Origin: Acutalibacteraceae bacterium
GTDB lineage: Bacteria > Bacillota > Clostridia > Oscillospirales > Acutalibacteraceae
Assembly: GCA_045639705.1 (NCBI GenBank)
Contig: JAZUDP010000156.1
Location: 1-30,415 of the forward strand
Direction of reading: 5' to 3'
Length of the DNA stretch: 30,415 bases
Numbering within the stretch: position 1 is the stretch's first letter; each line of letters starts with the position of its first letter. The notes beneath the pieces are model-generated. The model ran no database searches. It worked only from the letters and a program-made list of their open reading frames with translations, and was not told where the DNA came from. Shown here piece by piece: positions 22,161-30,415 of the stretch. The position numbers were made by a program, and so were the translations under genes.

Positions 22161-22553
22161 TCAGAATTTTACTGTTTCCGGCGGAGCGGTGAACGAGCTG
22201 AACGTTGCGGATGCATCCTTAAAATAAAGCACCTGCGTGTTGCCGTCATTCTCGTCATACATTGCTCTCAGCTGCGGATAAGCGTCAAGCATGGACTTCC
22301 TTGCTTCGACGCGGTCATCCTCAACAAGCGTGCCCGCAAGGCGAAGCCATGTGCCGTCTTTGAAAGCGCAGATTTCAGCCTTCGGATTGGCAGCAAGCTG
22401 CTTTGAGGTGGGCTTTATCTTTCCCGTCTGAATATACAGCTTTCCTTCAAAAATATGAGCTGTTCCGAAGGGTCTTACTCTGGGCTGGTCACCCTCAACC
22501 GTTGCGAGGTAGTATGTACCTGCGTCCTTTAAAAACTGACATACCTTTTCCAT
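22161..22553 (-). CDS. Pyridoxamine 5'-phosphate oxidase-like FMN-binding split-barrel protein
   Basis: YYLATVEGDQPRVRPFG...GKLYIQTGK is typical of the PNPOx-like family. The start was trimmed to the ATG at 22553 (RBS AAAGGGTGAA), 1 nt after the GtrA-like stop. Confidence 0.75.
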   Translation of the reverse strand: MEKVCQFLKDAGTYYLATVEGDQPRVRPFGTAHIFEGKLYIQTGKIKPTSKQLAANPKAEICAFKDGTWLRLAGTLVEDDRVEARKSMLDAYPQLRAMYDENDGNTQVLYFKDASATFSSFTAPPETVKF

Positions 22554-22554
22554 A

Positions 22555-23025
22555 TTATTCACCCTTTTTATTCTGTTCCTTCTTTGCGATATCGTTTGTG
22601 TTTTCCGAGCCGCGGAAAACAACGAATTTGTCATAAATAAATTCTGTTACAAAATTGCAGAGCATAGTTACCGCTTCAATAATCGGCTTTATTACGCCTC
22701 TTGCTTCTGCAAGACCGCCGAGATATGCCGAAAGCGGAGTGAATACAGCATAGTAAGCCGCAACCTTAAGCATTGCAACAGGAACATTATTTGCGGATTT
22801 GAAAGTGAATTTACGGTTGAATGTAAAGTTCCAGAGAACAGAAAGAATCAGCGACGGAAGGTAACATACAATATGCGAAGGCTCATTGCCTGTAATTTTC
22901 TTAAGTCCCCAGACAAGCAAAGCATATGAGCCTGCCTGAATAATTCCTGCTGAAGCTGAGAACAGAGCAAATTTAACCGTCTGCATCAGATTCTCTTTTT
23001 GGGTTGTTTTATTTTTTTCTGCCAA
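22555..23025 (-). CDS. GtrA-family membrane protein
   Basis: Four hydrophobic segments are present. VKFALFSASAGIIQAGSY and FNRKFTFKS are GtrA-like motifs. The start is either the TTG at 23025 (RBS GGAGGGATTACA) or the ATG at 22986. The ORF-track extension is not supported. Confidence 0.7.
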   Translation of the reverse strand: MAEKNKTTQKENLMQTVKFALFSASAGIIQAGSYALLVWGLKKITGNEPSHIVCYLPSLILSVLWNFTFNRKFTFKSANNVPVAMLKVAAYYAVFTPLSAYLGGLAEARGVIKPIIEAVTMLCNFVTEFIYDKFVVFRGSENTNDIAKKEQNKKGE

Positions 23026-23096
23026 TGTAATCCCTCCATACAATAATAATTCTATTATACTTTTACATTTCTTTCCCGTCAAGTCCCGATTTGCTA

Positions 23097-23125
23097 TTGA
23101 CAAAACAATTTTTATCAAATATGAT
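23097..23125 (+). promoter_or_regulatory. SigA-type promoter for the HAD/GH/NPP operon (TTGACA-N17-TATGAT)
   Basis: The hexamers are seen directly, 30 nt upstream of the ATG at 23155. Confidence 0.5.
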
Positions 23126-23154
23126 TATATATAGCATGATTTAGGGGATATTTT

Positions 23155-23835
23155 ATGGTTAAAAAGCTGATTGCGTCCGACTATGACGGCACTTTCCGAC
23201 ACGGCGGAATTTCGGATTACAATAAGGAAATGATTCGCAAATGGCGTGAAAAAGGCAATTATTTCGGAATTGTCACAGGCCGCGGCATGAATTTTTTCAA
23301 CGATGTACGGGAAGACGGAATTGATGATATTCTTGATTATCTGATTATTTACAACGGTGCCTATATTTCCGACATGGACGGAAACGTTCTTTATGAAAGC
23401 TTTATTCCGCGCAGCGTTTTTGTCGAGCTTGAAAAGCTTTTCAGCGGATACAAGGAAATCAAGAACTACGACAAAGCGACAGATGCGGAGTTTTATCATC
23501 AGTATTATGCGGAGTTTCTCGACTACGAAAAGGCGCTTGAAGCCGCAAAGGTTGCCAACGAAAAATTCGGTCACAAAATTGACGCTTTTGTCAACGGACC
23601 TCATGTCAACATTGCAAAGCTCGGCTCAAGCAAGGCGGAAAGCGTAAAATTTATTCTTGAGCATTACGGATTAAAGCCCGAGGAAGGCGCGGTTGTCGGC
23701 GACGATTATAACGACCTTGATATGATAAAGCAGCATCACGGCTGGGCTATGGCTTCGGGCAAGCCTGCTGTTATTGCGGAAGCGGAGCATACCTGCGAAA
23801 GCGTAGGCGCTCTGGCAGAAGAACTTATGAAATAA
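23155..23835 (+). CDS. HAD-superfamily hydrolase, Cof-type (HAD-IIB) sugar phosphatase
   Basis: Motif I is IASDYDGTF, motif II is IVTGR, and motif IV is VGDDYNDLDM. Confidence 0.85.
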   Translation: MVKKLIASDYDGTFRHGGISDYNKEMIRKWREKGNYFGIVTGRGMNFFNDVREDGIDDILDYLIIYNGAYISDMDGNVLYESFIPRSVFVELEKLFSGYKEIKNYDKATDAEFYHQYYAEFLDYEKALEAAKVANEKFGHKIDAFVNGPHVNIAKLGSSKAESVKFILEHYGLKPEEGAVVGDDYNDLDMIKQHHGWAMASGKPAVIAEAEHTCESVGALAEELMK

Positions 23836-23855
23836 ATTTCCGGGGAGGAATTTTT

Positions 23856-26800
23856 ATGCTATACAAAAAGAACAGCGAAGCTTCACTTTCAAAGGAGCTG
23901 TTTAAAAATCCGACAAGCGAGTTCCGCGGAACTCCGTTCTGGGCATGGGACAGCTATCTTACAAAAGAGGAGCTTGTACGCCAGATAGATGTTTTTAAGG
24001 AAATGGGTCTCGGCGGCTTCCACATGCATGTCAGAACAGGACTTAAAAATCAGTATCTCAGCGACGAATATATGCAGCTTATCAATGACTGCATAAACAA
24101 GGCAAAAAAAGAAGAAATGCTTGCATGGCTTTATGACGAGGACAGATGGCCGTCAGGTGCGGCGGGCGGACTTGTTACCTGCGAGCAGAAATACAGGGCA
24201 CGCAGCCTGCTTTTCACTCCGTTCAGAACCGACAAAGACGGAAAAATCAGAGGAACACTGCTTGCCTGCTACGATATCGTCCTCGACGCCGACGGATATC
24301 TTATGGACTATAAGCGCATAGGCGAAAACGACAGCACCGAGGGTACAAAGTGGTACGCGTTCCTCAAGGTCAGCGGCAACGACAACTGGTACAACGGTCA
24401 GGCTTACGCCGATACATTGAGCAAGGAAGCAATTGACCGCTTTATCGAGGTTACACATGACCGCTACAAGGAGTCATCGGGCGCGGAATTTGATAAGACT
24501 GTTCCGGCTATTTTCACAGATGAGCCGCAGTTCTCGCGCAAGAGAGTTCTCAACAACTCGTTTGACGAAATGGATATAAATCTTCCGTGGACAGACAAGG
24601 TTCCCGAGCTTTACGAAAAAGCCTACGGCGCGGATATCTACGAAACTCTGCCCGAGCTGTTCTGGGATTTACCCGAATCAAAGCCGTCGGTAAACCGTTA
24701 CCGCTATCATGACTTTATTGCCGAGCTTTTTGCAACGGCGTTTGCTGACAATGTAGGCGGATGGTGCCGTGAAAACCACATCGCACTTACGGGTCACATG
24801 ATGGAAGAGCCCACGCTCAACAGCCAGTGCGCCGCACTCGGCGAGGCTATGCGTTCCTACCGCGGATTTGACCTTCCCGGCATCGATATGCTCTGCAACA
24901 GAACAGAGCTTACAACAGCAAAGCAGGCACAGTCGGCTGTTCATCAGTTCGGCTACGAGGGAATGCTTTCCGAGCTTTACGGCGTTACGGGCTGGGACTG
25001 TGATTTCCGTACATATAAGTATCAGGGCGACTGGCAGGCGGCTCTCGGCGTAACTGTAAGAGTTCCGCATCTTTCATGGTACGCAATGGGCGGCGAGGCA
25101 AAGCGCGATTATCCCGCTTCAATTCATTATCAGTCACCGTGGTATAAGAAATACAATGTTGTTGAAGACCACTTCGCAAGAGTCAATACCGCCCTTACAC
25201 GAGGCAAGCCCGTTGTTAAGGTTGCGGTTATCCACCCGATTGAAAGCTTCTGGCTTCACTGGGGCCCCAACGATAAATCGGCTCTTCTGCGCAACAGCCT
25301 TGACGAAAGATTTGAAAACCTTACAAAATGGCTTCTTGAGGGCAGCATAGACTTCAACTTCATTTCCGAGTCTCTTCTTCCCGAGCTTTGTGAAAAGGGT
25401 TCGGCACCTCTCAGGGTCGGCAAAATGGAATATGACGCTGTTGTTGTTCCGGGCTGCGAAACTCTCCGTTCAACAACAATCGAGCGACTCAGTCAGTTCA
25501 AGGCTGACGGCGGCAACCTCATCTTCATGGGCGATGCGCCTTATCTCTGCGACGCAGCCCCGTCTGACAGGGGCAGGGAACTCTATGACGGCAGCGTGAA
25601 TATCGATTTCTCACGCGCGGCAATTCTCAGCGCACTTGAAAAGAACCGCACCGTTACACTCAGATACGCAAACGGCACGCTTTCCGACGACCTCATTTAT
25701 CAGCTCCGTCAGGACAATGACTGCAGGTGGCTGTTTGTATGCCATGACAGGGAACCCGGAAACAAGGATGTCAACGGCGGCAGCGTAAAGAGAATAATTG
25801 TCGAGGGCGAATATGTTCCCGAGCTTTACAACACCTTTGACGGCACAACGGAAATCATGCCCGCTTCCTACAGAAACGGCAAGACAATCATTGAGCAGAG
25901 AATGTTTGCCTATGATTCACTTCTTATCAGGCTTACTGAGGGAAAGACAGAAGGCAAGTATGACGATGTATTTGCCGAAATCCCCGAAGGAAAGAGCGTT
26001 GACAGCATAGTTGACTATGAGCTTTCCGACAGGAACGTTCTTATGCTTGACATGGCTGAATTCAGACTTTCGGGCGAGAGCGAGTTTTCACCCAAAGAGG
26101 AAATTCTCCGTCTTGACAATATCTGCCGTGAAAGACTCGGCATCGTAAAGCGCGGCGGTTCAATCGTTCAGCCGTGGGTAACGGGCGAGGTTCCCACAGT
26201 TGACAGGCTGACGCTTAAGTTTACATTCGACAGCGAGATTGATTATGCGGGCGCACTGTTCGCATTTGAGGAAATCGACAAGGCTGAAAGCATTATCTTC
26301 AACGGCAGGGATGTTGAAATAAAGAACGCCGGCAACTATGTTGATATCTCAATCTTCACCGTAAAGCTTCCCGATATCGTAAAGGGTACAAACGTGCTTG
26401 AAATCACCTACGCTTACGGCGAAAAGGTTGACATTGAGAATATGTTCATTCTCGGCGACTTCGGTGTTAAGCTTGCCGGCAATAACGCGACGGTTACTGC
26501 ACTTCCCGAAAAGGTAGGCTTCGGCGACCTTGTTCCTCAGGGCTTCCCGTTCTACGGCGGCAATATCACATATAAATTCAAGGCAAAGGCAACAGACGGC
26601 AAGCTGAAAATCCGCGCTACATGGTACAGAGGCGCAATGATTTCCGTAAAGGTTGACGGCGAGGAAAAGGGCGATATCATCTATCCGCCGTACATTCTCA
26701 CAGTTGACGGTCTTGCGGACGGCGAGCACGAAATCGAAATGACACTCTACATCCACCGCTACAACACCTTCGGCCCGATTCATCTTGTTAATGAGACCGA

Positions 26801-26906
26801 AAGCTGGCACGGACCGGGAGCATGGAGAAGCCGCGGCCGCGACTGGAGCTATGAATATGTATTAAGGCGCATGGGTATTCTCGGCGCGCCGACAATAATA
26901 GAATAA
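23856..26906 (+). CDS. Large (1016 aa) intracellular glycoside hydrolase-like protein; family not assignable by eye
   Basis: The N-terminal block GTPFWAWDSYLTKEELVRQIDVFKEMGLGGFHMHVRTGL...AWLYDEDRWPSGAAGG resembles a widespread TIM-barrel plus jelly-roll 'glycosyl hydrolase' group. No signal peptide is present. RBS GGGGAGGAATTTTT precedes the start. Confidence 0.55.
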   Translation: MLYKKNSEASLSKELFKNPTSEFRGTPFWAWDSYLTKEELVRQIDVFKEMGLGGFHMHVRTGLKNQYLSDEYMQLINDCINKAKKEEMLAWLYDEDRWPSGAAGGLVTCEQKYRARSLLFTPFRTDKDGKIRGTLLACYDIVLDADGYLMDYKRIGENDSTEGTKWYAFLKVSGNDNWYNGQAYADTLSKEAIDRFIEVTHDRYKESSGAEFDKTVPAIFTDEPQFSRKRVLNNSFDEMDINLPWTDKVPELYEKAYGADIYETLPELFWDLPESKPSVNRYRYHDFIAELFATAFADNVGGWCRENHIALTGHMMEEPTLNSQCAALGEAMRSYRGFDLPGIDMLCNRTELTTAKQAQSAVHQFGYEGMLSELYGVTGWDCDFRTYKYQGDWQAALGVTVRVPHLSWYAMGGEAKRDYPASIHYQSPWYKKYNVVEDHFARVNTALTRGKPVVKVAVIHPIESFWLHWGPNDKSALLRNSLDERFENLTKWLLEGSIDFNFISESLLPELCEKGSAPLRVGKMEYDAVVVPGCETLRSTTIERLSQFKADGGNLIFMGDAPYLCDAAPSDRGRELYDGSVNIDFSRAAILSALEKNRTVTLRYANGTLSDDLIYQLRQDNDCRWLFVCHDREPGNKDVNGGSVKRIIVEGEYVPELYNTFDGTTEIMPASYRNGKTIIEQRMFAYDSLLIRLTEGKTEGKYDDVFAEIPEGKSVDSIVDYELSDRNVLMLDMAEFRLSGESEFSPKEEILRLDNICRERLGIVKRGGSIVQPWVTGEVPTVDRLTLKFTFDSEIDYAGALFAFEEIDKAESIIFNGRDVEIKNAGNYVDISIFTVKLPDIVKGTNVLEITYAYGEKVDIENMFILGDFGVKLAGNNATVTALPEKVGFGDLVPQGFPFYGGNITYKFKAKATDGKLKIRATWYRGAMISVKVDGEEKGDIIYPPYILTVDGLADGEHEIEMTLYIHRYNTFGPIHLVNETESWHGPGAWRSRGRDWSYEYVLRRMGILGAPTIIE

Positions 26907-26927
26907 TTTAATCAAAGGAGAAAAAGC

Positions 26928-27902
26928 ATGAAAATTTTATCATTTTTCAGAAGCATCGGCGTTATCGTTGTATCCATCGGATACCTCTTCGGCGCAATCT
27001 TCGGCGGCAACGGATATGATTCAATCCTCCGCTACAAGCATACTGTAAAGAACATTGAGTGCTATTCAAACACACTTAAGGAAGCTGTTCCGCAGACGGA
27101 AATGTACAGATATCTTTCAGAGCATTTCGAGTCCGACCTTCCCGAAGGAAAGACAGAGAAAAAGGCTATTGTTATCGGTTACGACGGCTGCCGCGCAGAC
27201 ATGCTTTCAATCATTGACGACGAGCATCCCAGCGCAATTCAGACTCTCCTTGACGACGGCGGCAATGCATTCTTAAGCTACTGCGGCGGAAGAAACTTCC
27301 CCGACTGGAATTCTCAGGCAACCTCAACAGCTCCCGGCTGGTGTTCAATGCTTACGGGCGTATGGGCTGACGAGAATCTTGTAACTGACAACAGTATCGT
27401 AAAATCAGACGATTATCCGACTCTTCTTGTTACTCTTGTTGAGGACAAGACTATTGACAGCTCCGCATTCTATGTATCATGGGGCGGTCATTTCTCAGGC
27501 GACAATGCAACCTATGTTTCCGAGAAAAATTACATTGAAGCCAACAACATCAATGCAACCTATCTCTGCGCAAGCGGCGATGACGGCACAAGGGCAAATG
27601 TTCTTGCAGATATCAATAAGGCTGACTGCTCAGACTTCATCTTCTCGATCTTTGAGTACCCCGACCATGTAGGTCACGACGCGGGCTTCTCACCCTATAA
27701 CGAGGAATATCCCGCAGCATTCTACGAAGCAGAGCAGACAGGCGTTGATGTTATCAATGCTATCAAGGCTCGTCCCACATATGATACAGAGGACTGGCTC
27801 ATTATCATCACGGCTGACCACGGCGGAAGCACCTTCGGTCACGGCGGCCCGTCAATCACGGAAAGATACACATTTGTTGTTGCAAATAAGGACGTTCTGT
27901 AA
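26928..27902 (+). CDS. Membrane-anchored or secreted alkaline-phosphatase-superfamily enzyme (nucleotide pyrophosphatase/phosphodiesterase-like)
   Basis: The N-terminal hydrophobic anchor is ILSFFRSIGVIVVSIGYLFGAIFG. Motifs are VIGYDGCRAD, ATSTAPGWCSMLTG (Thr nucleophile context), YPDHVGHDAG and ITADHGG. Confidence 0.8.
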   Translation: MKILSFFRSIGVIVVSIGYLFGAIFGGNGYDSILRYKHTVKNIECYSNTLKEAVPQTEMYRYLSEHFESDLPEGKTEKKAIVIGYDGCRADMLSIIDDEHPSAIQTLLDDGGNAFLSYCGGRNFPDWNSQATSTAPGWCSMLTGVWADENLVTDNSIVKSDDYPTLLVTLVEDKTIDSSAFYVSWGGHFSGDNATYVSEKNYIEANNINATYLCASGDDGTRANVLADINKADCSDFIFSIFEYPDHVGHDAGFSPYNEEYPAAFYEAEQTGVDVINAIKARPTYDTEDWLIIITADHGGSTFGHGGPSITERYTFVVANKDVL

Positions 27903-27917
27903 TTTCAGAAAAGTTTA

Positions 27918-27950
27918 AAGGAGAGGCAATTGCCTCTCCTTCTGCTTGTG
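27918..27950 (+). terminator. Terminator hairpin after the NPP gene (AAGGAGAGGC-aatt-GCCTCTCCTT)
   Basis: A perfect 10-bp stem. It is near-identical to the hairpin at 29740-29765. Confidence 0.7.
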
Positions 27951-28146
27951 TATTTATGCGTGATAATCCTCAGTTCTACGGGGAGGAATGAGAGATGCGT
28001 GATAATAAATTCGATGTGTTTAATGTAAGTCGTAGCCTCAGACAAAAATTAGGTCTCTGATTACAATGTAAGTTAAAAATAAATATAAGAATTTAATAGT
28101 ACTTCTTTCGAATATTGAAATTTAATTGTATTGAATATTTGTTATA

Positions 28147-28174
28147 TTGACAGTTAAACAGAAAATGATATAAT
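28147..28174 (+). promoter_or_regulatory. Consensus SigA promoter (TTGACA-N16-TATAAT) for the low-GC membrane-protein gene
   Basis: Both hexamers match the consensus perfectly, 37 nt upstream of the ATG at 28211 (RBS GAGGAA). Confidence 0.6.
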
Positions 28175-28210
28175 AAATAGAAAAACATTATTAATGAGGA
28201 ATGCTTAAAA

Positions 28211-29689
28211 ATGAAGAACAAAATGATTAATCAAAAAAGTTCAAGGTTAATAAGCGTACTTTGGTGTTTACTGATTACTTCGATTATATGTTTTTTGAGC
28301 TTTAATTTCTATCCTATCGTTGATGATCTTGTTTTTGCGGGAAAGTTAGAACATAAAGCATGGTCTTTTGCCCAAATAGCTACAGTTTGCGGAGTGAATG
28401 GTCGGTATCTCGGAAATACACTTGGAGTTTTTTTCTCCTGGCTCAGTACAACTCAGTTTTGGTTTTTCAGAGCAATTTTTAATGCTGTCTGTATGGTACT
28501 TTTGTTTTACTATATTATTAAATATATGGATAGAGATAGAAAAACAGCGTTGTTTTTGATTCCAATCTGCATGCTTGTACCGAATGTCTATCATTTTAAT
28601 CAGTATTACGGATTTTCTGCGGATTTTATGAATTATCTTTTACCGCTTCTATTACTCTTTATTAATTTTTATTTGGTAAAACAATTCTTGTCAGGAAAAG
28701 AAATTGTAAAGTTTATAGTTCCCTTTATCGTATTTTTAAATTGCTTTTTTATCGAACATATTACAGTATACATAGCTTGCTGTTGCTTTAGCTTTCTTAT
28801 TTATTGTATTGTAAAAAAGCAAAACCTGAAATTTAGTCTCTGTATAACCTTTTCAGCAATTTTGGGCTTGATTTTAATGTTCCTGCATAGTTTTGTATAT
28901 AATTCGGATTCCGGCTACAGAGGTTCTGCGCTTTCACAAGGTGTTTCATGGATAGTTAATAATATAACTGATAATATTTCTTATGTAATATTTGATCATT
29001 TGTTTTTAACAGGATTTATTTCACTTGTTTTATTCTTATGTCTGATAAAGTACACAGAAAGAAATAAGATAAAAGTAATTGTTTCAATAATAATAACAGC
29101 AATACTGTGCACGTCCTGCATTTGTTCATTTTGTCTTTATTTTGGAAATTGGGAAGGTACTGTACTTTCACTTTTCTGCAATAAATATTTTACAACTGTA
29201 ATGACGTTTTTGTTTTTGATTTCGATTGGTTTAGTGTTAAAATTTTATATACCAGAGGAAAAAGTAACGGTTGATGTATATCTGCTTTATATTTCAATAT
29301 GGTTTATATGCGCAATCCTTTCCACTGTAACACCTATCGGTCCGCGTTGTTTTATGATTGTTTATGCATTTTTATCCGTTATTATTGTAAAAATATATTC
29401 GATTGTTTCCGAGTTGATTAATGTTCCGTTAAAAAGAATTATAGCAATAGGCTGTACTTGCTTTTTGTGTTTATATATGTTTGACGTATGTTCTGCATAT
29501 AAAGAAGGAAATGAAGTAATGAAAGAACGTTTTACACATATTGAAGCAGAAATGGAGAAAAAAGCGGATACTATAGAAATTTCTGATACTGTTAATTTTA
29601 CTGATTCAGGCGGATTGGATTTTCTCGATGATTATTTTTATTATCAGAATCCCGGAGATATCAAATTTATATTTATTCAGGATAAATAA
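28211..29689 (+). CDS. Polytopic (10 or more TM) membrane protein, GT-C-fold glycosyltransferase-like (possibly DUF6056-type)
   Basis: It is very hydrophobic and Phe/Ile/Leu-rich. The first loop after TM1 carries YPIVDDLVF, a DD motif typical of GT-C enzymes. It ends in a soluble ~70-aa C-terminal domain. Composition is markedly AT-rich. The family call is tentative. Confidence 0.5.
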   Translation: MKNKMINQKSSRLISVLWCLLITSIICFLSFNFYPIVDDLVFAGKLEHKAWSFAQIATVCGVNGRYLGNTLGVFFSWLSTTQFWFFRAIFNAVCMVLLFYYIIKYMDRDRKTALFLIPICMLVPNVYHFNQYYGFSADFMNYLLPLLLLFINFYLVKQFLSGKEIVKFIVPFIVFLNCFFIEHITVYIACCCFSFLIYCIVKKQNLKFSLCITFSAILGLILMFLHSFVYNSDSGYRGSALSQGVSWIVNNITDNISYVIFDHLFLTGFISLVLFLCLIKYTERNKIKVIVSIIITAILCTSCICSFCLYFGNWEGTVLSLFCNKYFTTVMTFLFLISIGLVLKFYIPEEKVTVDVYLLYISIWFICAILSTVTPIGPRCFMIVYAFLSVIIVKIYSIVSELINVPLKRIIAIGCTCFLCLYMFDVCSAYKEGNEVMKERFTHIEAEMEKKADTIEISDTVNFTDSGGLDFLDDYFYYQNPGDIKFIFIQDK

Positions 29690-29734
29690 TACTTGGATTA
29701 TTTTAAGCGCTTGTATTTATAGGAACTTAAGTCT

Positions 29735-29775
29735 GAAAAAAGGAGGGGCAATTTTGCCTCTCCTTCTTCTTTTCT
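29735..29775. terminator. Bidirectional terminator (AAGGAGGGGCA-attt-TGCCTCTCCTT), T-runs on both strands
   Basis: The plus strand reads AAAAAAGGAGGGGCAATTTTGCCTCTCCTTCTTCTTTTC. The hairpin serves both the membrane-protein gene and the convergent TIM-barrel gene. Confidence 0.75.
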
Positions 29776-29788
29776 GTTAAGATTGTTA

Positions 29789-30415
29789 TTAAAGAATAAA
29801 CTTGCTGATATAATCTACAGTATACTTTACGCCTGCCTTGCCGCGCTCGGTGTCAAAGCGCCATGCGGCTGAATGCGGTTCGATTGAAAGGCATCCGTCA
29901 TAGCCTCTTGCGTAAAGTGCTGCAAAGATTGAACCCCATTTGAGGTCGTCCATGCCTGCGGGCGGATCGTCAACGCCTCTGCCGCCGGTCAGGACCGCGC
30001 CCTTGATGTGGACGTGCGCGAAGCGGTCGCCCCAGTCGGAGATCTCACGCATATAATTTCTGCCGGCGTGATAGCTGTGGGAAGCGTCGAACTTGATCAT
30101 CAGCTCCGGCAGCTCGCCGAGCACGATGGACCATGCGTCCATATTGTTGATGAAGTTGTTCCATTCGCAGTTGTAGACGGCGACGCGGGTGGAAGTGCCC
30201 TTTGCCTTGTCGAGCATTCTGCCGAAAATTTCAATTGCGGCGGTATAGTTTTTATAAAGGGAAACGGAATTGTCATAGTTGCAGCCGCAGACAAAGGTAG
30301 GGGAACCGACCTTGATCGCATCACGGAGGTTCTGGGAAACAATTGCAAATTCCGCTTCATCGACCTTGCCGCCTACGTTCATCTGGGAATTCCAGCGGCC
30401 GATCGAGCCGATAAA
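29789..30415 (-). CDS. Sugar phosphate isomerase/epimerase (xylose-isomerase-like TIM barrel), 5'-truncated by the window edge
   Basis: FAHVHIKG and CLSIEPH are typical AP-endonuclease-2/xylose-isomerase-like TIM motifs. The frame stays open from 30382 to the window end (FIGSIGRWNSQ precedes the internal Met). Confidence 0.7.
   Translation of the reverse strand, partial: FIGSIGRWNSQMNVGGKVDEAEFAIVSQNLRDAIKVGSPTFVCGCNYDNSVSLYKNYTAAIEIFGRMLDKAKGTSTRVAVYNCEWNNFINNMDAWSIVLGELPELMIKFDASHSYHAGRNYMREISDWGDRFAHVHIKGAVLTGGRGVDDPPAGMDDLKWGSIFAALYARGYDGCLSIEPHSAAWRFDTERGKAGVKYTVDYISKFIL

Noticed and set aside
23125-23604. 159-aa minus-strand ORF
   Set aside because: It is antisense to the HAD hydrolase gene, which has all the HAD motifs. 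It is low-complexity with no start context.
24121-26810. Several 60-150-aa ORFs on both strands inside 23856..26906 (e.g. 24678..25070, 26349..26810)
   Set aside because: They are nested in or antisense to the long GH-like CDS. Such ORFs are typical in higher-GC coding DNA.
1-30415. Search by eye for tRNA, rRNA, tmRNA, CRISPR arrays, IS elements with terminal inverted repeats, and prophage genes
   Set aside because: No T-loop or anticodon-arm patterns, rRNA-like conserved blocks, repeat-spacer arrays, transposase or phage structural ORFs were seen. The only mobility-related sequence is the decayed serine-recombinase fragment.

Overview
The window looks like chromosomal DNA from a fibre-degrading Clostridia or Oscillospiraceae-type Firmicute. 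This is an inference from a dockerin module, BspA-type LRR proteins, a GH10 xylanase, AGGAGG-type RBSs and many rho-independent terminators. No rRNA, tRNA, CRISPR array or intact mobile element was seen.

Left third (1-13.2 kb) is the most unusual part:
- A tightly packed minus-strand operon encodes a 42-aa sORF missing from the ORF track, an ECF-like sigma factor fused through a TM segment to a CAP/SCP-like domain, a papain-like (C1) protein lacking the oxyanion Gln, and a 1683-aa LRR protein with a dockerin.
- An ECF-type promoter motif (TCAAACTATTT-N..-TGC[G/A]TCTTA, AAC-N17-CGTC/CATC) occurs three times. Two copies lie upstream of a second secreted LRR protein and one lies upstream of a secreted esterase with a (QPDEP[E/V])8 linker.

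Middle (13.2-15.6 kb) is a small accessory patch with a 48-aa gene, an MNT/HEPN pair, a decayed serine-recombinase fragment and an NYN/PIN-like gene.

Right half holds ordinary carbohydrate and phosphoesterase genes (GH10, lipase-like, PHP, histidine phosphatase, SGNH, PNPOx, GtrA, HAD, a large GH, NPP). It also has a low-GC cassette, flanked by a duplicated terminator hairpin, that encodes a GT-C-like membrane protein.

All family calls rest on motifs read by eye; no searches were run.
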